This document shows positions 50,901 to 64,000 of a DNA stretch of 64,000 nucleotides, one piece after another; the stretch's first letter is position 1, and each line of letters begins with the position of its first letter. A model generated the notes under the pieces. The model was not told the DNA's origin. It did not search any database and saw only the letters and a program-made list of their open reading frames with translations. The position numbers and the translations under genes are program-made. Source of the stretch: Octopus sinensis (Eukaryota); assembly GCF_006345805.1 (NCBI RefSeq), contig NC_043005.1, positions 93,744,001 to 93,808,000 of the forward strand, in the 5' to 3' direction.

Positions 50901-51930
50901 AAGTCTGACTGAAGGTAGATATAGGAGATGAGTCAATGGCATGCAAAACAATTGAAGAACGCTTGGGCTTGTCTGCAGTCAGACAAAGAGGCCAAAAGCT
51001 ACAGCAAGAATTTCTTCAACACCAGATTTTTGACAAAGAACGCACGATTTGTAGGAAGGGAAAAGGAAGAAGGTGCCGTGCTCAACTTGTCCGGATTTAG
51101 TTTAACGAAGGTTTGAAATTGCACGGCTGGATACACTTGTTTGCCTTTTCGGCAAACTTTAAGTGGTACCTGCACAAGCTGGAACGCTGCCCAGAGGAAC
51201 GAGAAACAGAGACACTCCGACTACGATTGCGTGAACGCCTATTCCCACGGCACAGATCATCCATGCATCGTGTAAGTGCATCTATTTTATATGCTAAAGA
51301 ATTATGTGAAGAAGAGAAGAAGCTGTCGGAGGGGTCTTGGTACACGCGCACAAGCTACGCGATGAAGGTGGGCCAGAAAATTCCAAGATTTTGTCGGCCA
51401 TCATGGCAATTTGGTCAACAGTGTTAGACTCCAGGGCTGTGGCCAAAATTCTCTGCACGTTGGCAGGCAACCTGGAGAAAAATATCTTGCGCAGCAGAGG
51501 CACGTCTGCTGAGTTCCCACTTAATTCCCTTAACCGGCGCAGGAATTGTGAGGGTGTTCTATCCCCCAGCTGTTCATCAGCCATGAGCTCATTGAACTTG
51601 CTCTCCTCTGACCGCGTGTTGCATCGGAGAATCTCTGCTTTGACTGATGCATAGGTGGCGTCTGGATTGGGACTCATTATGAGATCCCTGGCCAATGTGG
51701 CAAGTTGAGGAGGCAAGCTACAGTAGAGGAGATGTAACCGCTGATTGAGAGAGACGGCATGGGCGGTAAAGTGGGACTCAACTTGGGCAACCCAAAGGCC
51801 CGCATCTCCCATGAATAAAGGCAAACCTGGTCCAGACATGTTCGTTCGAAACGCCTGTCACAGAGCAAAGGGAAACGAGTAGAAGCAAAACGACGAGAAA
51901 CGGAGAAAACTAGTGAACCAACTAAAAAAT
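47950..51930 (-). mobile_element. Gypsy/Ty3 LTR retrotransposon, CsRn1-like clade, defective
   Basis: Gag (LWVAQVESHF...LGDRTPSQFLRRLR; CRYH..F.EKA.KC..PC knuckle), protease tail (ILGADFL), RT (YVDD), RNase H relic and integrase (HPG..., HVHIDLVGP, TDCGRQF, SNGLVE); purine tract + TGTAGTG LTR start at 48101; many frameshifts; no matching 5' LTR seen. Confidence 0.92.
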
Positions 51931-52039
51931 ATGTTTGTGGACTGATGTGTGTGTGTACAAAAAAACAGAGAGGCAAAAAATTTTTTTTTTTGTAAGAACA
52001 ATTTTTTAAAATAATGTACTGAGTGCGGTGGAGAAAACT

Positions 52040-52310
52040 TTTTGTAAGCACTAAGTCCACTCTGCTACAATTGGTGTTTGGAAGGGCATCTAGCTGTAAA
52101 AACCTTGCCAAAACGGACCTCACTTGTGCTATGTAAAAAGCACTAAGTCCACTCTGCTGGATGGTTGTTGTTAGGAGGAGCATTCAGCTGTAAAAATCCT
52201 GCCAAAAAAAGTCACAGATGTCTGACGCAGGCTTCTGCCTGGATGACTCTTGTCAAACTGTCCCACCCATGCCAGCATGGAAGGCAGACATTAAACAATG
52301 ATGATGATAT
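52040..52310 (+). repeat. RTE-derived 3' UTR repeat copy with internal duplication
   Basis: aagcactaagtccactctgct occurs twice; ends ttaaacaatgatgatgat. Confidence 0.65.
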
Positions 52311-53599
52311 TCATATTAATTGTTAACATTTGCTTAAGTTGTTAATATTTGATTGTAGCTTGTGTGTGCTCAAGTTCTGAACTAAAGCCTCTGCCTAGTA
52401 ATGCAGACAATGTTAATGTTAACTTTATCCTTTATGGCACATTTCTTCTATTGCAGTATTTCATTTAACATTTGAGAAAATGAATGCTTGAAATCAGGAC
52501 ATTTTTATTGATACTGTGAATGAAATGGGGAAGAATTTTACTAGGATTGAATACACTAATTTCCATATCAGTGTTTATCTAGGCAGATATATCAACTTGA
52601 TAAACCTTAATCGTCAGATAGTAAACATTAGGGATGGACATTCTTGGACAATATTTTCAGTTATGACCTGACAATCTACTTCTCACTTATGGTTACATTG
52701 TAAGTTACAAGCAATCTCACAAGTGCTGGTACCATGATAAAATGCACTTGGTACATTCTGTAAAGTGGTTGGCATCCGGCTGTAGAATCCATACCAAAGC
52801 TCAGATGCTCTAGTGAGGTGTTGTCTTCCAATCTGAGAGCACAATAACCCCAAATAAGAACTAACTTGGACCATAATGAGCCATCGAACTCAGCACAGAA
52901 AGCATATCATGATTATATGTCTGTGTGTACAGGCACACTTGTAAATATAGGTATTATCTCTTTAATTTCTCACCAATGTAGAAAATGCAGGTCTCTAGCT
53001 GAAAAACAAGCTTTTCATTGGGACATGGGCAATATCAACAGATAATTATTTATGTATGCAGATATCTATGTACATATATGTATGCAAGCTTGGTTCTCAT
53101 TACATCTGTATGTTTTTCACTTACACTACTTTGTCCACATGTATATATACACTCATTTACATACTGCTTTTCTGGAATGGTTTACATATTTTCAGTTTTA
53201 TTAAGTTTGTAACTATAATTTCCTAATTAGTTGTTTTCTCTTTTGACTTTCTGAAGCTCTGTTTCTAAATTACTAAAACAATTATCCAAGTGTCCCAATA
53301 ATTACTGGTATAATCATGTGAAGTAACTGTAGATTTCTTTTTTAGTTCACTAATCTCCAACATAGTTAACAAACGCAGGGCTATTGATCTTTCTTCTGTC
53401 CCACTTCACATTTTTCTTTTATCTTGTCACATCCCTGAATCTCATTCTATTCACGGGATTATCCTGTCTATAGATTGCATTGTACAATGTTTTAGTCATA
53501 GTAGGTAGATAACACTGTGATTAAATCTTCAAACAACTGCTTATAATGTGGGTTGCAGTCTTGTTTTCTTTCACCTGGATTGGCCAGGCTGTCTGGTGA

Positions 53600-54150
53600 C
53601 AAGTTGGTTCCATTGGTCACAGCATTCACTCCACTCCCTTCATACTCTTGTCATTCTCCTCCACATTGCTCCTAACGTTTTTTCTTAAATCATCTTCCCA
53701 CCTTATTGAAGGAATTCCGAGTAGTCACTTCTGCTCCTGTGGGTACCACTTGACAACTACATGGGCCCACCAATTGTCTGTGAACTTGGCAACATGGCTG
53801 GCCCGTCGTAGCTTTGCATGGTGGCATTCTGTGATGATGTCCTTCACTCCAGTTCGATCCTTGGTCACCTCATTCTAGATGTGATCTCTTAGCCAGGTTC
53901 CCAACATCGACCTTTCCATAGCTCTATGCTGTAAGCAGAGGTTGTTTTCTCTTCGTCAAGGCCCAAGTCTCACATGCATGGAACATTGCAGGCAAGACTG
54001 TGCTGTTGAAGAGATTGGCATGAGTTGCCTAGTCTAAGTTCACCTTCATCACATCCTTCGCCGAATTGAATGCTCTCCATCCTGCTCTTACTCTTCACGA
54101 GATCTCATTCTTCATCTCTCGCCTCATAGACTAAGGTACCTCTTCTATTT
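53600..54150 (-). pseudogene. RTE LINE RT C-terminal fragment
   Basis: DRTGVKDII...KLRRASHVAKFTDNWW...WYP...RWEDDL. Confidence 0.75.
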
Positions 54151-54229
54151 CATTACCTCCAACTGTTTTTTTTTAACTGATTTAAATGTAAGGGTTAGGA
54201 TCTTGAAAGCAAGTCTTATTTCTTTGTCT

Positions 54230-55260
54230 TACTTATCAGTTCCAAGCGCTTTTTCTACCTTTTCCTCTGATGGGATGCTGTATAGATAGCTGGGCAGGAA
54301 CATGGAAGCTGTTTCTCTTGCTTCCATATTCATATCAATGCAACATCTTTGGCTGTAAATTAGTATTTTCACACATGTAATGTTAAACTTGAGGGATGGT
54401 TGAAGTCTCCAACTTACTAACTTTGGGATCAGCTGGTGCTTCAAATGTACAGGAAGAGGCAGTAGCATCACACTGCAGAGAATTGACACTAATTGAGGCC
54501 TTGGGTGATTCAGCAACTTTACCTGCCATTTCAGGTAACTCAGAAACTGCAGGTATTCCAGTAATATCATAAACTTCAGCTTCAGTCAACTGCCGGGTCA
54601 CAGGGTCTTCCATCCAGTGTTTACAAGAACACGACCATTTTTTCTAAATGTATTCAGTAGACGTACTTTGTCCTTTGTTCAATATTACATTGACCCCCCT
54701 GGAACCTGACGAGCATCACATTTCAAGAGGTGGAAAGCAGCCCTTAATTCAGTGGGAGACATTCTACTGGTTGAATGTGGAGGGATTCTGAAAGAGAATC
54801 AGAACCTGTTCACTTTAGTTTCCAGAATCCCTTTCCTGCCCAACTTCAGCCTCTTTATTGCCATGTTTTTCATTCGCATTGTCCATTTTACATACCATTA
54901 CTGCTCCTGTTCCACAAGCAAAAGCATCTGAGAATGTCTGAGAATGAATTGGTTTGGATGGGTCAAAGATTCAGATTCTTGATCACTTGGAAATCCCTTT
55001 CTTGATTTGCATTTCAGATTTAGACTTATCTTTTTTTCTTTTTTAAAACAAGCAATTCATGTGTCTCAATGACTGTTGACAAACCCAGGAAATGATGATA
55101 GCTCAATGTCCCAAAGTAAGCTTTCAATTCAGTCTTTGGTGTTGGAGCCTCTTTGAACCTGTGGACCTCTTAGATCCTCCAGAACAACAGGCTTTCTCTA
55201 AACAGCCTAATTGTTTGTTTTCCTCTTAGCTCACTCCCATCACTAGCATGTCATCCAGGA
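54230..55260 (-). pseudogene. Old degraded Gypsy pol relic
   Basis: KEAPTPKTELKAYFGTLSY (RT thumb/connection) and SDAFACGTGAV (RNase H DAS-like) remnants. Confidence 0.6.
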
Positions 55261-55399
55261 ATGTACTGTACCATATCTTCCTTAGTTTTTTTCCCCCCCT
55301 TACAATGTCATTTCGCCTGTGGGTAATTGCAGCACATGGCCTATAAGCTGTATCTACCACTTACTCACCATGTCCTGGATCAGGAAAATGAAATAGTTG

Positions 55400-58170
55400 A
55401 GGAAGGAAAAGATCAGCCTAAAAAACTGATGGAAATGTGCTGCGGATGACAAAAAACCTGGCCTTGTGCTGCTGTGTGACGATTTAAAAAGGAAATGCTG
55501 TTATGTGCAACAACATATGAAGGATGAAAGGAAAGTAAAAGGACTTGAGGGCAGTTTCTGAAGGACCTGTACAGGGTTACTAAGAAGCTGTTCACTGAAC
55601 CGAAGAGTGGCACTTTATTGTGCATAAAAGAAGAATTGGATGCTGCTCATATCAAAGAAACCTACAGCGATCCACACTGTAACCAGCCACTGTCACCTCT
55701 AAATGTGCTAAAGCATCTCTTAGAACCTGATATCGAATTTCAAATTGGGGACATCAGGGAGAAAGAGGTGAGTGATTTCATGAGAAAAGCTAGAGCAAAG
55801 ATTGCCCCAGGAGCTGATGGCATCTTGTATAAAGTATACAAATATTGCAATCGTCTGTGAAAGAAGCTTTGTCCTGCTCAGACAGCTGTGGTGCGAAGAG
55901 ACTGTAGTAGAGGATTGGTAAAAGGCATACATCTGCCAAAGGAGGCCAATGCAGAAACTATAAAACAGTTTAGGCTGATATCCTTATTGAATGTGGAAGG
56001 CAATGGGAATTCTGTCGAGAAGAATAGTGACATATTTACAGAATAACAGATATGTTGATGAATCTGTTCAAAAGGCTGGAATCCCCGGGATCCCTGGGTG
56101 CGTAGAACACTGTTTTTCGATTTGGAAAGTGATCCAGGATGCCAAACAGAACAAGAAAAGTCTGAACGTGGTATGGCTTAACCTAGCTAACGTGTATCGT
56201 TCGGTGCCACACGAATTACTAATAAGAGCCATGGACCACTTCCACATTCCTGACAAAGTGATCAAATTAATGAGGACAGTTTTGAGATGAGGTTTACAGC
56301 TGGAGATTTTACAACAGATTGGCACCGATTGGAGATTGGCATTGCTGCTGGCTGAACAATATCTGTCATGTGGTTTATCTTAGTCTTGAAAGCTGTGGAT
56401 TTTTTGGCACAAATCACCCAAGAAGGCCTTCATGAATGACTTGACAAGTAAATCATGCTGAGTGTCCTCTTGAGACTAGATGAGCTTGTGAAGTGATCAA
56501 GGATGTGATATAGAGCAAAAACGCAGCATAGTCTGACATTTATTTAGGGAGTGCAAAAAGAAGTTAAGTTTCAAATAGCTGAAGAAAGTATTCTAACAGT
56601 CAAGGAAGAACCTGTCAAGAGCTTGGGGAAAGTATATGCTGGAACATTGTCCGGTAGGAGTTGCGGAATAGAAATTATGAAATAAGCCAAGGTTAGATTA
56701 TCAGCAATTGATAACTCAGTTACCAGGTAAACATAAAATTTGGTGCTTACAGTTCAGCTTGCATCAGTGATTTTCAAGGCCACTTTTAATATATGAGGTG
56801 TTCATTAGAAAGTGGCTAGGCCTACCTCTGATGTTGAATAGTTCAGCTCTTTATCATAAGAGAGGCTCATTGAAGTTACCACTGGTGTCAATAGTTAAAA
56901 TTTATAAACAAGGAAAGGTACGAATGGTGATGATGCTGAGAGTTGAAAGACATGGAAATCAGGTGTAATCCACCAGATGTAAAAATGGCCAGGAAATGGA
57001 AGGCAGAAGCAGAGACTGATGACATTCTGTCTTACACACCGAGACATGGAAGGGGCTTGGTTTTGGTGCAGATCGGTTCAGACTGTTTGCAAGTATGATC
57101 CAGAGTAGATCTGTTGTTAGCAACAGCGTCCAAACAAGAGAAGCAGAGAGAAGAGAGAGCTTCATTTGATCCAATGCACTCAACAAGGACAGATGACAAG
57201 ATGGGAGGAAAAATAAGCTGAAATGAGATATGGAGGTGGACCACATCTCGGCTATGTTTTCTGATTCATTCATCCTATGATGTTTTGCTATCACCTGCAA
57301 ATCTAGTAAGATGGAACATCTCTGAGAATGATATTTGCAAATGTGGAAAGGTTGGAACACTGAAACATATTCTTTTCAACTGTTCACTAGCATTGAATAA
57401 GTATACATGGAGACAACCTGATCCTTAAGGTTATCTTCAATGCTATAAAGAACCAAATTGGTCTCAACAACAATGAAAAAAAACTGTTCAAGGTACCACC
57501 TAGAGATTTCATTACCTTTGTGCACTCAGGACAGCAGAGCCATTTCAAGAAGAAACTTCCTGTGAATGATGAAAAGTGGAATGGCTATTGAGAGGTGGCG
57601 GCAGATTTACCAGGGTGCCAGGGACTCTTTTTCATCCCAGTTATGAAAAAACCGGACGTTTTAATGTGGTGTGAAAGAAAGTTGTGAATCTAGTGGAGTT
57701 AACGGTTCTTTATGAAGATAACCTGGATGCTGCTTGGGCTCGAAAGATTGGCTGTTATGTAAACCTCCTCGAGGAATGTGAAGACACAGGCTGGAAAGTG
57801 GAGCAGTTTCCAATCAAAGTCGGATGTAGAGGGTTTGTTGGACACTGTTGTTATCGTTAGGCCTAACTCATCGTAAAGTCAATACCACCATGACCGATAT
57901 CCAAACTACAGTGGAAAAGGCTGGTCACTGGATTTGGTTAAAAAGAGACTCTGAGCAATGGCTAGAAGAATATTGAGATTTATTTGATAACCAGCTGATC
58001 TAGCAAGCAGGGCTTCATATCAGTGAGAGGGACTGGTGCACATTGATGCCAACAAAAGGTAGGCCCTGAAACGGTGCGCATTCTCTCCTGATGACCCCAT
58101 ACACTTGCTGGCTCCCGGTATGCAGAGCTTTCAGCTGGTAGCACTTGTATGTGCCAGTTGTTAAACTCTT
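55400..58170 (+). mobile_element. Degraded HERO/R2-group non-LTR retrotransposon with restriction-like endonuclease
   Basis: KLFTEPKSG, APGADG, VQKAGIPGIPGCVEH, WLNLAN...SVPH, CGKVGTLKHIL.NC zinc knuckle, PDV...VELTV.YE...VGCRGFV endonuclease remnants. Confidence 0.85.
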
Positions 58171-59513
58171 TCCTTTAACTGCATTACAGCCTAATATTTT
58201 GGTAGTTGGTTTAACAACTGCCATCCAGTGAATTAGTATCTCAAGTTATAATTATCTGATTGTTAAATTCGTCTTTTGTTATCCAGATGTTACCTAGGGA
58301 TACCTGCAGAGTTCCAACACCCACATCGACTACAAATAGCAAAATAATACTTTTAATATAAATTAAGGGGAGTCAAAGTAAGTTGTGATATGTCTGCTTT
58401 CCATTCTGTGATGGGTATATTGAAGCCAAATCCTGCCAGGAGCAATTTTTGTTGACTCCAGAATGGTAATTGACATTTCTTCCCAGTTTAGAAATACACA
58501 TATTGAACTAAAATCAATACAAGCTGAAACTTTCAATAAACCCTTCATAAACTGCTTTGTATATTTCTCCATTTCTGCTGTAGTTCTTTATATAAGAAAC
58601 CTTTTACTTTCAGTGACAGCATTTCCACACCCCAACTACTGGCATTCCTGAGTTGTTTTACCTTATTGCAGCATTCTGAAGTTATCATTCTATTCTCTAA
58701 GTTCTGCTAGAAATGTATTCAGAGTTTGACAATTTTTTTCATTTCTTCTCTCTTTTCATTGATTTTACATTGAAGCAATTGCAATGTTTCTCCTGACCCC
58801 TTTTCATGTTTCACTACTGTTGTGGTGTTGTATCTTGCCAGTCAGATCTGTAGAATATATCCTTTTACTTCTCATCCCTGTCTCTTTGTATCATCCTCAG
58901 TACTTTAGCTTATTCCAGAGTAATAATTAAAATATCATTCATTCAATCTGAGCTTTATTCAACCCTCAAATGTTCCAACTATTGAAGTTTTTCTGTTTAA
59001 TCTTATTTCATTTTCAATTTTTCTTTTATGAATTTATCAGATTCACAACATGGCTTTATATTTTGTTTTAATATCCTGCCATGCTTAATGTGCAGGTATG
59101 CTTACGAGGTTGAGAAGCTTGTTTCCTAGTTGTGGTCTCTGCTTCACTCCCACCGTACACCATCGTGGGCAAGTGTCTTCTATTATAGCCCAGGCTGACT
59201 GTAGTTGTCTCAGTGAATTCAGTAAACAGAAATTGAAAGAAACCCATTGTGTCCCCTTGTCTTGAGATCACAATGATTGTAAATGAGTAGCTTTGTCACA
59301 AGAGACTAGAAACAATGAACAAGTCTAGCTATGGGGAAATATTACTTTGCTTGGAAACCAGTGAAGGTTGGTGACAGGAAGAGCATCTGGCCATCGAAAG
59401 TTTACCTCAAATTGTCTGACGTATGCTAGTTTGGAAATGTAGCTATAAAATGTTCATGATCTACTCAGCTCTGAATCATTTCATATGTAATTTTTTTCTT
59501 TTAAATATATCAG

Positions 59514-59900
59514 TCATCCATCATCGTTTAACATCCGCTTTCCATGCTAGCATGGGTTGGACGGTTCGACTGGGGTCTGGGAAGCCAGGTGGCTGCACCA
59601 GGTTCCAGTCTGATCTGGCAATGTTTCTACAGCTGGATGCCCTTCCTAACGCCAACCACTCCGTGAGTGTAGTAGGTGCTTTTTACATTCCACCGGCACG
59701 GGCCAGGGAGGCTGGCAACAGCCATAATCAGTTGGTGCTTTTTACATGCCACAGCACGGAAGCTAGTCAAGGCAGCGCTGGCATCAGCCATGTTTGGATG
59801 GTGCTTTTTATGTGCCACTGGCACGGGTATCACAACTACAATTTCCATTTGATTTTCATATTTGTGTTGATGTACTTGACTCAATAGGTCTCCTCAAGCC
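59514..59900 (-). repeat. RTE-derived 3' UTR repeat copy
   Basis: High similarity to the copies at 1-316 and 19432-19615. Confidence 0.75.
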
Positions 59901-61249
59901 CTACGATCCAAGGTACTTTTGAATGGACTGGGGCTGGTTATGTGAGACTACAGCCGCGAACTGACTTTATTTGCCATAGATGAAATCTTGTCTTTCTCCT
60001 TCTGAGCTGGTTGAAAGTCCTTGCAGACCATTTTTGTTTTCTCGCTTTCCTTCCAGATTGTCTTCATTACAACTGATGAGCATCGTCCACCCTTTACTTT
60101 ATTGGATGGCGGACATTGCTGTATTCCTCCACCCATAGCATGTCCAAATTCACCATCCTCACCAAGCAAGCTTGCTAGTGACCCAATCATGCAACAGATT
60201 GTACTGGGGTTCCCAGTCTATTCTAACTCTTGATGTGGAGATATTTTCTAAATTTTCAACCAATTAAATTTTACTAAAAACAAAAAAATTGCATTATCTC
60301 TGAATACTTCTCTCCTTATAAAAGTTGATCTTGTAACTCCTGAGGTATATTGTTGCTAACAGAATCATTTTGCAGCAAATATAGATTTATTGGTAAAATG
60401 TAGCAGGGCTATGATCTGAAGGTTGAGTGTTCTTTGTAATTGAAAGAAAATAGTAAAATCTCAATTTTGGATCTTTATATAAATTGTCTTGGTTCAACTT
60501 TATGCCTTTTGAAGTGGTTTCCCTTTTGTTATTAGATTTCTGTTAAAATCTGTTTTTTGTTCCAATTCATTTTAAAAGAAATGAAGAATTTAATAAAAAA
60601 TGTCTTATTTAGTGTTTGAAACACAAATAAAACTTGAAATTTTGATGGAAGTCTTTAATTTAAAATGAGAAGTTTTATATTGTGGAACTAGGGTGGTTTC
60701 AGACAGGTTGTTATCAGAAGGGTTGAAATTCAATTGAAATAGACTGAACTGATTTGTTTTAAAATAGTTTTCATGGCTTTATTTAGTGAGTTGGGTCAGT
60801 AAAAAGTAAAGAATGCAGAAATATTTGAGTAATGCCTGATTTATTATTCTTCAATCTCAATTTTGAAATCAAGACCATAATCTCTGAATTAATGACACTA
60901 TTTTAACTCTACATTTTTAAATATTCAAGCATAAAGGCTCAACTGAAAACTATGCAGTAATGTGGGACATAAAATTCTAGTTAAACACTCAGCAAACATA
61001 TTAAACGAATTTTCTAATGAATTAATCATTTCTTGATCTAACAATTTATTGGAGTATTGATCTTAGTTTCTATAAGTGCTTTATTTCATTGGTATTAGGT
61101 ACTACTTACATATAAAACTCCATATAAGGAGAGGCATACTGAGGTTTTATTTATTTATTTTTTTCAGTAGGTAAAAGGAAAAAAGATTAAAAGTAACAGA
61201 AAGCATTGTTTGTGAGAGAAACTTCTGACTGAGCTTCATGTCCTCAAGT

Positions 61250-61560
61250 TTAAACAGTTGTTAGTCAACATTTGCAGGTATGTTGGAGAACTGTTGCCAT
61301 TCCAGAGTTTTTGGAAATGTTGCACATTCCAGATTCTTTCATTGCAAAGTTTAGAGGGACCTTGCACATGCAACAAGCAGTTCTTCCGCCATTGAGCAAG
61401 GTAGACTTTGGAGGAAAGACTGAGTGTAAGTGTTAGCGTGGGGGAAGAGGGTTGGACGCGAAAAGTTGAGGTGGAAAGAGAAGTAGATCAGTGGGGAGGT
61501 GGAACAGTGGTGGATTTACCAGACCTGTGAGCTTGGAGGAACAGAGGCAATAGAAAAGGT
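61250..61560 (-). pseudogene. Old LINE RT C-terminal relic
   Basis: CSSKL..LV.PP-type remnant of the CR1/Jockey-group C-terminus. Confidence 0.45.
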
Positions 61561-63865
61561 AAAATTTTTTAAGGAACTGCTCCTGGTTCTATGAGACAAA
61601 CTTCCTGTTTTAATGTGATTCTAAATTGAAACTGTTCATCAAAATTTCATGTTAAATTTAAGATATATAAAAAGAATAGTTTAATAATGTTCCTAAATTC
61701 TTCATTTTCAAAATTAGTTGAAACAATAGCAGTGCATTCAATGGAAATATGGTTAATAAGAAAGATTAAATATGTGGAAGGATGGTTTTAGATGAAGGAA
61801 TTGTGCAAGATGGATAACAAGAAAAAAGGTACAAATATTCAGTTGAATAATTTTTATTTTGTTACCATAATTTAAAAGAAATAACTTTGGAGAGAGTTAG
61901 ATTACAATTGAGCATGTCTATCCATTGGGATAATGATAGTAACGTTTTTAGATGTGAGAAAATCTGGTTTAGGACTTGTGACTTTTTTTCTCTTCCCCCA
62001 AATCATTTTGTGAAGTTTAAATGAATAGAACTACTACTACTACTACAATTGCTGCTGTTGGTGTTTCAAGAGAGCAATAAGATTCTGGCCTTGAGCAAGT
62101 TACTTTATTCTGCCATGGTAGTTTCACTTTATAAAAGGAGTGAATTGGTTTGCATTTCAATCTAAATTGTCCATTAAGATTTAAAAGGGAGGTTCTTAAC
62201 TGGGATAGTAGCACCCCTTTGGAGGGTGAATGTGAGCTGACAAGGAGGTGGTGCTGGTTGCTTTAGAGGGGGTTGTGATTTTTCTTAGAAATAATTTGTT
62301 GCTGAGCTACAAAGGTTAAAACTACAGATTTAAAGTAAATAAAATGCAGGATATTGAATGTGGATATCTGATTTTTAAAGGGGACGCTGAACTCAAAGAT
62401 GTTTCCAGAAAGTTTAAGACAAGAATCTGCTTTCTTAATGAAGCTAATAAGTCATTGTAGAAAAGAAAAATTAAAAATGCAATATAATTTAGTGATTATA
62501 ATACTCTCTTGATTAACAAACAAGCTACATGCATGTAACATAGTCTTCTATGAATTATCTCATTAGCCCACTTCCAATAATAGCAGTTGAATGATTAGAG
62601 TGATCTATAAATGGAGATATACTTCCGAGGGACATTGAACATTTTAAATAAATTGAAATAACTCCAACTTGGGAAAGAAACTGGGTCCTAATATAACACT
62701 TTCCACCAGAAAATGGCTGTTAAAATAGGACCCACAAAAACATACAACCCTTAAAAAAAAAAAGAGCTTAGATGTAGGCATTGTTAATCAACAAATATGT
62801 CTGAAGCAATCCATCTAAAAATATTTCCTTCTGTTAATCGAGTGAAATGCTGTAATAGTTACTTTTGGCCATTAGAATAATCTTGCTTAAAAAAGGGAAA
62901 TTAATAATATTTTTGTTTCTAGGATACAGTTAATGTCATTTAAGTTCCAAACTGTAGTTTCAGGTCCAGTCTTACTGCATGGCATCTATAGGTAAGGTTG
63001 ACCAATCACAAGAGCATCTCCTGTTGATGACATGTGATGTCACATCATCATATGGTGTCTTTCATTTCCAGTATCCCTCAAACATCTCGTGATGAGGAAG
63101 GTTGGTGACAAAAAATGCATCCAGCTGCAGCAAACCTGTCTCAATGAATTCCATCTGATCCATGCAAACATGGTAAAAACGGATATTTGCTTCAAGGAAT
63201 ACTTCTATTGACATCTGCAAGTAACTTTTTTTCTTTTACTGTCAGGATAATTGATATTAACAGCATGTATGCTTTAAACATGGCCTCTGTGACTGGGTTA
63301 GTACTTTTGTGGTACACTGTGTATTGCTGCTAGTTTTGTGATACAACCTGAAGTCTAACTTTTTATACAATGAAAGTGTGTGTATGCACATATAATTAAT
63401 TTATTAATTGGCAGAACTTAGTGACCCAAGGGTTGTCTTTTGTGCATTGATAAGTGCCAATCTCTGAAACTCACGGCACTTGAGTTACTCTGACTCCAGT
63501 TAATAAAAAAAATTATACTTGTGTTTTGGATTATATTTGACACAAACAGGAAAATGTGTGTATATATATATACACACTCACATACATAGTGATTTAACAT
63601 CTACTTGTCCACATTTGGCTCAGATGAAAATTTGTTGAGGTAACCCTTTCAGTTTCCAAGCAAGGGGAATACATGACCTGACATGATTTTCACAATGAAC
63701 ACTGCTTGTAATGACAGTGATGCTTGTCAACACACAGATATGAGAGACTTCAATTTCTGTCCACCAAACCCACCCAAGCTACACAACCATGGTGCTGTGC
63801 AGTGGAACTGAACCTGAGTCCACATGACTGTTGGAAAGAAAGTTTCTTAGCAAGCCGCACATATA

Positions 63866-63968
<103 letters not shown>

Positions 63969-64000
63969 AAAGTGAGACCAAACAGAAGCTTGTTTATACA

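Noticed and set aside
54383-54613. Clean-looking 76-aa minus ORF as a host exon
   Set aside because: No convincing splice sites, and it lies directly downstream of Gypsy pol remnants on the same strand; best read as an integrase tail
58064-58105. GAAAC...CTGATGA in the HERO 3' UTR as a hammerhead ribozyme
   Set aside because: I could not form stems I-III around the core, and a C rather than a purine follows CTGATGA
60057-60233. Strong acceptor followed by a 58-codon ORF as a terminal exon
   Set aside because: No recognisable product or partner exon; the opposite strand is also open, which fits a repeat relic

Overview
AT-rich, intron- and repeat-rich eukaryotic DNA, most likely an octopus or other coleoid cephalopod (inferred from memory of the SINE/RTE repeat families, not from a database search). 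Host genes: (1) the 3' half of POLR1B (RPA2/RPA135, second-largest RNA polymerase I subunit) on +, as 15 phase-consistent GT-AG exons from 5977 to the stop at 31144; (2) a convergent, unidentified two-coding-exon gene on - (40329-40588 and 36039-36403, about 206 aa) whose CpG-rich promoter near 44.45 kb carries two RFX X-boxes, suggesting a ciliary or sperm-flagellar protein. The rest is transposon-derived: two near-full-length CR1-group LINEs antisense to POLR1B, a CsRn1-type Gypsy, a degraded HERO/R2-like element, Penelope-like elements, RTE fragments, a Tigger derivative, TTAA MITEs, Helitron/Helentron-like elements and tRNA-derived SINEs. Most interesting: a Penelope pseudo-LTR combining a tRNA-like Pol III head with a minimal hammerhead-ribozyme core; a LINE/SINE pair sharing a 3' stem-loop with compensatory substitutions; and the X-box-driven unidentified gene. 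No prokaryotic features and no CRISPR array.
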